Of a stretch of DNA of 64,000 bases, positions 57,124-64,000 are shown piece by piece. The notes under the pieces were generated by a model, which was not told the DNA's origin, made no database searches, and worked only from the letters and a program-made list of their open reading frames with translations. This DNA comes from a virus. How positions within the stretch are numbered: position 1 is the stretch's first letter; every line of letters begins with the position of its first letter. The position numbers and the translations under genes are program-made. The stretch lies in the IMG/VR virus record IMGVR_UViG_3300027863_001119, positions 69,381-133,380 of that record. One strand, given 5' to 3'.

Positions 57124-58044
57124 ATGAACACAAAACCAAAAAAAGGATTCGCCATTAAAGAGGCAGGAACTACAGTAGATCCATATCAGAATTATTCTGA
57201 TTCTGTTCTGAATAATGACGAAATATGGAATGCGTTGTTAACTGAAGCAGGACGTCAAGCTATAGGAGCTCAAATGGCAGTTCCTATTCGTACTCAATTG
57301 GATTATGTAGGTACAGCTCGTAAGTTTTTTGAAATAGACGTTCTTGCTCAAGGACAAATTGCAAGATACGATAAAGATATTAACGTTCCCGCATACGTTG
57401 TATCAAAAAGAGGAAAAGTTGATGAATGGACAGTTGAAGGTGAATATGTAGAACCTAATACCTGGGAGATATTTGCTCCTGCTTCAATTAGGTTAAAAGA
57501 AATACAAGAAAGACGTTTTAATATTCTTGATCGTACTCAAGAAAAGATAAGAATCGCTATACAAGAGCAAGAAGACGAACAGTTTTTACATTTACTAAAT
57601 ACTGTTACTCAAAATAATACTAATAATAATCCAATTACTACTTCTACAACAGGATGCGATAAATATTTCCTCAATAATTTATCTAGTATAGTTATGGATC
57701 ATGATTTACCTTGTTATGGATTCTTAATGAGATTTGCATCTTTCAAAGACATTAGAGGATGGGATAATACAGATTTAGATCCTGTAACTATGAGAGAGAT
57801 TTTGGAAACTGGTCTTTATGGAACTATTTGGGGTATTGATATAATTGTATCCCGTAAGGTGCCTAAAGGTACTGTTTACGCAATTGCAGAACCAAGATTT
57901 TTTGGTGTATTACCAATTCGTACAGAGGTAATTTTAATGCCAAATGATATTCCTGCAGAAGCAAAAATAGGGTATGTAGGATACGAAAATTTAGGTATGG
58001 CAATCGTAAATGCAAACGGAGTTTCGGTAGGAAGCCATAATTAA
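57124..58044 (+). CDS. Major capsid protein (HK97 fold, compact encapsulin-like type)
   Basis: GRQAIGAQMA.PIR..LDY....RK, G.IARYDKD, IQEQED, TGLYG.IWG.DIIVS..VP.GTVY, GYVGYE.LG; strong RBS and downstream terminator. Confidence 0.85.
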   Translation: MNTKPKKGFAIKEAGTTVDPYQNYSDSVLNNDEIWNALLTEAGRQAIGAQMAVPIRTQLDYVGTARKFFEIDVLAQGQIARYDKDINVPAYVVSKRGKVDEWTVEGEYVEPNTWEIFAPASIRLKEIQERRFNILDRTQEKIRIAIQEQEDEQFLHLLNTVTQNNTNNNPITTSTTGCDKYFLNNLSSIVMDHDLPCYGFLMRFASFKDIRGWDNTDLDPVTMREILETGLYGTIWGIDIIVSRKVPKGTVYAIAEPRFFGVLPIRTEVILMPNDIPAEAKIGYVGYENLGMAIVNANGVSVGSHN

Positions 58045-58071
58045 TATTAATTCGGCCATTTTAAACTCCTG

Positions 58072-58115
58072 AAAGGTGTATAGCATTTACAAATGTTATA
58101 CACCTTTGTTTTTTA
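58072..58115 (+). terminator. Rho-independent terminator after the capsid gene
   Basis: AAAGGTGTATAGCATTT-AC-AAATGTTATACACCTTT followed by a T-run. Confidence 0.85.
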
Positions 58116-58194
58116 TATTGGAAAAATAAATTTATTACAAAGCTTTCGCAGATAGTATTTATTTTGTATTAATTAGTATAAAGGAGTTGTCGAT

Positions 58195-58407
58195 ATGCTT
58201 TGTTATAAAGATAAAACATTTTGTAAGCATTATGATTGCGATCTTTTCAAAAAATGTGATAGAAGTCTTACAGAAAAAGTGATTAAAGATGCACAAAGTT
58301 GGTGGGGAGGGGACAATCCTCCTATATCAGTATTTGAGAATAAGCCAGAATGTTTTGTTTGTAAATCTTGTATAAAAAGTGAATGTCAAAATTTAGAAAA
58401 GAATTAA
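58195..58407 (+). CDS. Small Cys-rich protein
   Basis: MLCYKDKTFC...C....CDR...CF; AGGAG RBS. Confidence 0.7.
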   Translation: MLCYKDKTFCKHYDCDLFKKCDRSLTEKVIKDAQSWWGGDNPPISVFENKPECFVCKSCIKSECQNLEKN

Positions 58408-58579
58408 TATTATACTCCTTTGTTAAAATTCTTTCTTCCTATCTCTAAAAAATTAGATAAAGTTTTAAAAATTTTGAGCAAAGTTTTGTAAAAAAAAAAT
58501 CAAAATTAGATGTAAAAAGATTTAAAAAATCCTATATATTATATAAGTAATAATATTAATATAGGAGTTAATAAATAAG

Positions 58580-59269
58580 ATGTTAGATTGGAAAAAAGTA
58601 TTGGCAGAATCTTATAATAGAACGAAGAAAGACATTGAGATTCCAAAACCAGATTTTTACAAAACTCTCAATAAAACAACTCTTCCAAATAATGCAACTT
58701 TTACAGGAGATAAGATTCCTAAAAGCGGAGATCCTTCACAAGTAGAGCTTAATGCATGGCATCTTCAAAACAAAGAGTTTAGCAATGATAAAGCAAAAGA
58801 AGACAAAGACTCTTACAGAGGTAGTCCTTTGACATCAGGTAATGCAAGAAAAGAAAATGTAGAAAATCAAATAAAAAAGAAGTTCTCATGGATAGAGGTT
58901 TTGTCTAATATTAGTATTGAAAAAAAGCCTGATGGTAATGTGAAAGTTTTAGTAGAGGAAAATACAACACCTTCTACAGAACCTTCTCAGGTTCAAACTC
59001 CTCAACAAGAATCTCAACACAATCAAGAAATACAATCAAAAGAAAAATCTTCGAGTAATCAAGTAAATTCTTGGGTAATTAAGAAAAATTCTAACTTTTC
59101 ATTAGTTGGAAAAGAATGTAAAGATTATTGCGGGATTGGTATTTATGAAAATAATAAAGAAATAGAATTTTATAAAGTTGCCAAAAACGGACATAGTTTC
59201 GAAGAAATAATACCTCAAGGTAAATGGGAGACAAGGTTTGATGAGTTAGTTGGAGAACTATCTAAATAA
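58580..59269 (+). CDS. Hypothetical head-associated protein sharing a motif with the scaffold
   Basis: FTGDK.P...P..EL..W....KEF..DK.KEDK also occurs in the 54761 protein. Confidence 0.7.
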   Translation: MLDWKKVLAESYNRTKKDIEIPKPDFYKTLNKTTLPNNATFTGDKIPKSGDPSQVELNAWHLQNKEFSNDKAKEDKDSYRGSPLTSGNARKENVENQIKKKFSWIEVLSNISIEKKPDGNVKVLVEENTTPSTEPSQVQTPQQESQHNQEIQSKEKSSSNQVNSWVIKKNSNFSLVGKECKDYCGIGIYENNKEIEFYKVAKNGHSFEEIIPQGKWETRFDELVGELSK

Positions 59270-59283
59270 CAAGGGTCAAAAAA

Positions 59284-59862
59284 ATGGCATTATCTCAAGC
59301 ACAACAATATTTTGTAGACCTTTTAAGATCTCATTTATCAATGAGGGAAGTAAATGCAAAAGGTTCTAGTTATAAACTCTCCGCTGTGTTAGGAGATGAA
59401 GAACTGTGGGAAGATTTTAGATTAGGTTTAAACTATTTTAATACAACTCCTCCAGTTTTAACAACTTTTTCATCAGAAGATTTATATCAAGTTTCAAAAG
59501 CTACTATTAGTGAAGGCGGGGATCCCAATGCTCCTGAAAGAGAAGATATACAATCTATTTTAATAACTCCTGTTATTATGTGTGCCTTATTTTTTACAGG
59601 AATGAGATTACAATGGTTTGAAGCTGGAAAACATTTTCGCTATAGTGACAATGGTATTAGCATTGAAAGAGCAAAACAACAAGATTATGCTAATATTGTG
59701 AATGGAGATATTTTAGCATACCTTAACAATCAACTTTTAGCAATAAAGAAAGCTTTAGGATTTAAGCTACTTAAGTCGAAAGGTTTATGGTCTGGAATGA
59801 TATCAATGCCAAGAAGTTTAACTAGAGGATTAAGAGGAACAAGAATAGGATTTGGGGGATAA
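59284..59862 (+). CDS. Probable head-tail adaptor/neck protein
   Basis: L..FN.TPP, F.YSDNGISI; position after the capsid gene. Confidence 0.6.
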   Translation: MALSQAQQYFVDLLRSHLSMREVNAKGSSYKLSAVLGDEELWEDFRLGLNYFNTTPPVLTTFSSEDLYQVSKATISEGGDPNAPEREDIQSILITPVIMCALFFTGMRLQWFEAGKHFRYSDNGISIERAKQQDYANIVNGDILAYLNNQLLAIKKALGFKLLKSKGLWSGMISMPRSLTRGLRGTRIGFGG

Positions 59863-59870
59863 TTATGCAG

Positions 59871-59923
59871 AGAACATTATACTTTTTTATAACAACACTA
59901 TAAAGTTAATAATGTTCTTTTTT
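59871..59923 (+). terminator. Possible terminator hairpin
   Basis: AGAACATTAT...ATAATGTTCT outer stem, ACTTT/AAAGT inner stem, then a T-run. Confidence 0.5.
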
Positions 59924-59948
59924 ATAAAATGAGAAAAAAGAAATAAAT

Positions 59949-60542
59949 TTGTTATATAAAAAGGTGTTTGAAATGTATAAAATTGATGTAAAAGAAGGGA
60001 CTTATACACTTAATTCCGGTAAAACTGTTACTCCTGATAATTTAGATGACTTAACAAAAGACGAAATTAAAGAGTTATTGGACACAGGAGTTTCTGCATG
60101 GGAGTTACTATTATTAAGAAAAAGTAATCACAATTTAGTAAATTCTATAAATGTAATTATGGAAAAAATACAAGAAAGAATAGAAAGTTTACACGAAGCA
60201 AATACAGAGATTTTAAAATCTCTGGAAAACATAAATAAAAAACTTATAATAACAACAAAAAATGGAATAAGTCAGGAGAGAAATATAGGAGAAGTAGTAG
60301 AGGAATTATGGGAAATACATAAAAAAGAAAGAAACGCAAAAAAACTTAGAGAGGTAATATTAACTTATAAGTACTATTTTACAATAGTATTTGTTTCGAT
60401 ATTTTTACTTTCATTTAAGTTTCATAACGAAATTAATAATTTTTTAAAGATTTTTGAGAATTATTTATTAGCAGGATTGTCTGCTGGTACAGCAGTTACC
60501 CTTATTCTTAGTATTATAAAGATGGTAATATCGAAAAAGTAG
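59949..60542 (+). CDS. Coiled-coil protein with two C-terminal TM helices (lysis-associated candidate); probable start ATG 59973
   Basis: Hydrophobic C-terminal segments; lies before the endolysin. Confidence 0.6.
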   Translation: MLYKKVFEMYKIDVKEGTYTLNSGKTVTPDNLDDLTKDEIKELLDTGVSAWELLLLRKSNHNLVNSINVIMEKIQERIESLHEANTEILKSLENINKKLIITTKNGISQERNIGEVVEELWEIHKKERNAKKLREVILTYKYYFTIVFVSIFLLSFKFHNEINNFLKIFENYLLAGLSAGTAVTLILSIIKMVISKK

Positions 60543-60557
60543 AAAGGAGGATACAAT

Positions 60558-60986
60558 ATGAGATCTTTTTATAAATGCAAATATTTCAAAATTCAGGAGT
60601 TAGTAGATAGAGTTACTTATGAAAAATTTGGGGAACAAGCCTGGATGTTTTTTGATGTTCGTTTATTAAAAACCTTAGATGGTATTAGAGAATATTTTAA
60701 TTCTCCTATAATTATTAATAATTGGCATTTAGGAGGTAATTTAGATTCAAGAGGTTTTAGGAGACCTGATGATAAAACCGGAGCATTATATTCTCAACAC
60801 AGATTCGGGAGAGCAGTAGATTTTACAGTTACAGGCAGAACTGCAGAAGAGGTAAGAAAAATAATAATTGATAATCAAAATATTTTTCCTTTTAACGAAA
60901 TAACTGCGATGGAACTAGATGTTAGTTGGGTACATATAGATTTTAGAAATATAAACTCTGATGTTATATATTTATTTAAAGGATAA
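60558..60986 (+). CDS. Endolysin, peptidase M15 family
   Basis: GFR, SQHRFGRAVDF, WVHID Zn-binding motifs. Confidence 0.88.
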   Translation: MRSFYKCKYFKIQELVDRVTYEKFGEQAWMFFDVRLLKTLDGIREYFNSPIIINNWHLGGNLDSRGFRRPDDKTGALYSQHRFGRAVDFTVTGRTAEEVRKIIIDNQNIFPFNEITAMELDVSWVHIDFRNINSDVIYLFKG

Positions 60987-61007
60987 TTTTTTACATGGAG
61001 GTTAAAA

Positions 61008-61265
61008 ATGGAAGAAGTTGAAAAAAAAGAAGTTAAAAAAGTAGGTTTTTTTGAAGAAAGTGCGGGAGTTAAGTCATCTACACGCTTGTTTAGTTTTTTA
61101 TTATTATTATTTATGTTTGGATTTGATATTCTAATTGCTTCATACCAAGAGTTTAAAATTGACCCTTACTTTATTGTATTTAATTTTGTTTTGTTAATAG
61201 GAGTCTTTATACCAAAGTATTTACATAAGTTAGCAGAAATAGGAAGTCCGTTTTTTAAGAAATAA
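61008..61265 (+). CDS. Probable holin (two TM helices)
   Basis: KSSTRL followed by two hydrophobic helices; adjacent to the endolysin. Confidence 0.65.
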   Translation: MEEVEKKEVKKVGFFEESAGVKSSTRLFSFLLLLFMFGFDILIASYQEFKIDPYFIVFNFVLLIGVFIPKYLHKLAEIGSPFFKK

Positions 61266-61279
61266 GAAAGAGGTATAAG

Positions 61280-61642
61280 ATGGATGTACCTTTAATTATA
61301 GATAATGCAGCTTATCAAGATATTGTAATAAGAGAAGGGAATTCTCACGTTACATTATTAGAATTTTGGGATACAGAAAATAATCCTATTGACTTAACAG
61401 GCTATGATTTTAAGATTTATCTTTACAAGCGTAGTAGACAACAAGAACCAGATATAACATTTGAAGGAAATGATTTTTATATTGTGCCAACGAGTGGTAG
61501 TATATTATGGAAAATAGAAGGAGAAAAAACCAAAGGCAAAGAAGGGGTTTATATGTATCATGGAGATTTAATAGATACGTCTACTTTTGAATCTTTAACT
61601 TGTTTATATGGAAAGTTTACAATAATTGACAAAAATATATAA
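61280..61642 (+). CDS. BppU-like/Ig-fold tail-fibre or baseplate accessory protein
   Basis: DIVIREG, PIDLTGY, G.Y.Y...L, G.FTI. Confidence 0.55.
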   Translation: MDVPLIIDNAAYQDIVIREGNSHVTLLEFWDTENNPIDLTGYDFKIYLYKRSRQQEPDITFEGNDFYIVPTSGSILWKIEGEKTKGKEGVYMYHGDLIDTSTFESLTCLYGKFTIIDKNI

Positions 61643-61651
61643 GAAGAAAGT

Positions 61652-63706
61652 ATGCCATTTTTACTGCCGAGAGTAATAAAAATAGTTATTAACCCTACTT
61701 TAAAAGCTTTAGGAACTGCAGAGCTTACGGAGCTTCGTACTCAAATTATTAATGAAATTCAAAACAGAATTAATGCAGATAATAATCTACAAAACCAAAT
61801 TACTTTAGTTTCAGGTTCTCTTGTAACTGAAATTCAAGACAGAATTAATACTGATAATAATCTACAAAACCAAATTACTTTAGTTAGCGGATCATTAACT
61901 ACTGAAATTCAAAATAGAACTAATGTTGATAATAATTTACAAAACCAAATTACTTTAGTTTCAGGTTCATTAACTACTGAAATTCAAAATAGAATTAGTG
62001 AGGATAATAATCTACAAAACCAAATTACTTTAGTTTCAGGTTCTCTTGTAACTGAAATTCAAGACAGAATTAATACTGATAATAATCTACAAAACCAAAT
62101 TACTTTAGTTAGTGGATCATTAACTACTGAAATTCAAAATAGAATTAGTGAGGATAATAATCTACAAAACCAAATTACTTTAGTTTCAGGTTCATTAACT
62201 ACTGAAATTCAAGACAGAATTAATACTGATAATAATCTACAAAACCAAATTACTTTAGTTAGTGGATCATTAACTACTGAAATTCAAAATAGAATTAGTG
62301 AGGATAATAATCTACAAAACCAAATTACTTTAGTTTCAGGTTCATTAACTACTGAAATTCAAGACAGAACTAATGTTGATAATAATTTACAAAACCAAAT
62401 TACTTTAGTTAGTGGATCATTAACTACTGAAATTCAAAACAGAATTAATGCTGATAATAATTTACAGAATCAAATAGATCAATTAGTTATAAGTGGTGGT
62501 ATAAGTACTGGTGAAAATTTAGGTAGTGGAGAAGGAATTTATATTGGTAATTCTGGTTCTATACTACAGTTTAAGACATTAAAAGGTTCTGGAAGTATAA
62601 ATGTAAGTACTGTTAATGATGAAGTTATAATTGATGGTCAGAATTTACAAAACCAAATTGCTTTAGTTTCAGGTTCCCTCGCAGATTTACTTTCCAATGC
62701 ATCTCCGGGCGATATACTTTATCGAGGGATTTCTACATGGCAAAAATTGCCAAAAGGAGTTGATGGACAAATATTGGTACTTGTAAGTGGATTGCCAAGT
62801 TGGGGAAATGTAAGTTGGGAAAATGCAAGCAAGTCTAAATCATTTAATCTTTTTAATTTAGGTAGTATAAGAAGTTGGACAATGTTGGCACCAACCCCTG
62901 GTACAATCTATTATGGCGGTGCATTAGTCTATACTGGAGGAGATTATATTTATGCATTGAGAGGAAGTGGTTCTGCAGATTTTTATCGTTATTCAATAAG
63001 TGGAAATAGTTGGACAACAATGGCATTAACACCAAACACCATTGGTGGTGGCGGTGCATTAGTCTATACTGGAGGAGATTATATTTATGCATTGAGAGGA
63101 AGTGGTTCTGCAGATTTTTATCGTTATTCAATTAGTGAAAATAGTTGGACAACAATGACAGCAACACCAAACACTATTGGCTACGGCAGTGCATTAGTTT
63201 ATACTGGAGGAGATTATATTTATGCATTGAGAGGATGGGGCTATACAAATTTCTACCGTTATTCAATAAGTGGAAATAGTTGGACAACAATGGCATTAAC
63301 ACCAAACACCATTGGTGGCGGTGGTTCATTAGTCTATACAGGTGAGGATTATATTTATGCATTGAGAGGAAGCGGTTCTGTAGATTTCTACCGTTATTCA
63401 ATAAGTGGAAATAGTTGGACAACAATGACATTAACACCAAACTCCATTGGAGGGGGTGGTTCATTAGTCTATACTGGGGGAGATTATATTTATGCATTGA
63501 GAGGATATGGTTTTACAGATTTTTATCGTTATTCAATAAGTGGGAATGGCTGGACAGTGATAGCATCAACCCCAGGAACAATTAACCATGGTGGTTCATT
63601 AGTCTATACTGGGGGAGATTATATTTATGCATTGAGAGGATATGGTTTTACAGATTTTTATCGTATAAATGGAAATATTTTTGATTGGCAACATTGGATG
63701 AGGTAA
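61652..63706 (+). CDS. Tail fibre/receptor-binding protein: coiled-coil repeats, shaft motifs and a six-bladed Kelch-like propeller
   Basis: 25-aa repeats, NLGSGEGIY..LQFKTL and GDILY..W.KL.KG.DGQIL shaft motifs, six 45-aa blades. Confidence 0.8.
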   Translation: MPFLLPRVIKIVINPTLKALGTAELTELRTQIINEIQNRINADNNLQNQITLVSGSLVTEIQDRINTDNNLQNQITLVSGSLTTEIQNRTNVDNNLQNQITLVSGSLTTEIQNRISEDNNLQNQITLVSGSLVTEIQDRINTDNNLQNQITLVSGSLTTEIQNRISEDNNLQNQITLVSGSLTTEIQDRINTDNNLQNQITLVSGSLTTEIQNRISEDNNLQNQITLVSGSLTTEIQDRTNVDNNLQNQITLVSGSLTTEIQNRINADNNLQNQIDQLVISGGISTGENLGSGEGIYIGNSGSILQFKTLKGSGSINVSTVNDEVIIDGQNLQNQIALVSGSLADLLSNASPGDILYRGISTWQKLPKGVDGQILVLVSGLPSWGNVSWENASKSKSFNLFNLGSIRSWTMLAPTPGTIYYGGALVYTGGDYIYALRGSGSADFYRYSISGNSWTTMALTPNTIGGGGALVYTGGDYIYALRGSGSADFYRYSISENSWTTMTATPNTIGYGSALVYTGGDYIYALRGWGYTNFYRYSISGNSWTTMALTPNTIGGGGSLVYTGEDYIYALRGSGSVDFYRYSISGNSWTTMTLTPNSIGGGGSLVYTGGDYIYALRGYGFTDFYRYSISGNGWTVIASTPGTINHGGSLVYTGGDYIYALRGYGFTDFYRINGNIFDWQHWMR
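61781..62480 (+). repeat. 75-bp tandem repeat, 9 full units plus a partial unit
   Basis: Units start at 61781, 61856, 61931, 62006, 62081, 62156, 62231, 62306, 62381 and 62456 (partial); they encode NNLQNQITLVSGSLxTEIQxRxxxD. Confidence 0.97.
62870..63665 (+). repeat. 135-bp tandem repeat, about 6 units (Kelch-like blades)
   Basis: The (G/T)CATTAGT(C/T)TATAC anchor recurs at 62921, 63056, 63191, 63326, 63461 and 63596. Confidence 0.97.
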
Positions 63707-63757
63707 ATTTTTCTCAAAATAATTGATATGAATTGTATAAAAAAATAATAAAAAAAA

Positions 63758-64000
63758 ATGAACGAAGAATATTCTATAATAAAAATAGTTATTAACCCTA
63801 ATTTAAGAGTTATAGGACTTAATGAGATTCGTGATGAAATTACTTTAGTTTCAGGTTCATTAACTACTGAAATTCAAAATAGAATTAGTGAGGATAATAA
63901 TCTACAAAACCAAATTACTTTAGTTTCAGGTTCATTAACTACTGAAATTCAAGACAGAATTAATACTGATAATAATCTACAAAACCAAATTACTTTAGTT
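63758..64000 (+). CDS. 5' part of a second, paralogous tail-fibre gene (runs off the window)
   Basis: MNEEYSIIKIVINPNLRVIG resembles VIKIVINPTLKALG of the 61652 gene; the same 75-bp repeat resumes at about 63839. Confidence 0.85.
   Translation, partial: MNEEYSIIKIVINPNLRVIGLNEIRDEITLVSGSLTTEIQNRISEDNNLQNQITLVSGSLTTEIQDRINTDNNLQNQITLV

Noticed and set aside
61781-62480. Regularly spaced repeats resembling a CRISPR array
   Set aside because: The units are contiguous 75-bp in-frame coding repeats with no unique spacers, and no cas genes are visible.
810-63497. All minus-strand ORFs in the track (e.g. 1190, 20250, 26263, 55945, 62853, 63174)
   Set aside because: They are short, lie antisense to well-supported + strand genes and show no recognisable motifs; they are shadow ORFs.
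62870-63665. Diversity-generating retroelement template/variable repeat pair
   Set aside because: No reverse transcriptase in the window, all copies are in-frame within one gene, and differences are not evidently confined to adenines.
1-64000. Cellular chromosome or alternative genetic code
   Set aside because: recA, groEL and que genes are interleaved with terminase, portal and capsid genes on one strand. Long ORFs read through in code 11 with TAA, TAG and TGA all used as stops. No rRNA or tRNA genes were recognised.

Overview
This window is a 64-kb, very AT-rich segment of a large tailed dsDNA phage genome. All credible genes lie on the + strand. About 0.2-35 kb is a replication, recombination and nucleotide-metabolism region: two sigma-like factors, class II RNR, SF2 and DnaB helicases with a loader, a primase split into two distant genes, a UDG-fused family A polymerase, GroEL, RecA, dUTPase and a split SbcCD. 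About 36-60 kb is head morphogenesis: terminase, portal, prohead protease, scaffold, decoration protein, major capsid protein and many probable internal head proteins. A lysis cassette and repeat-rich tail fibres follow. The main candidate for a new system is an expanded 7-deazaguanine DNA-modification pathway. It has FolE2, QueD, QueE, QueC, a TGT/DpdA-like protein and a stand-alone class II glutamine amidotransferase. It also has a translationally coupled ArcS-like (DUF5591), class III aminotransferase and PHP phosphoesterase trio followed by a kinase, and an apparently catalytically dead FolE2 paralogue. Together these suggest a preQ0-derived hypermodified base. All assignments come from motif recognition by eye; no database searches were run.
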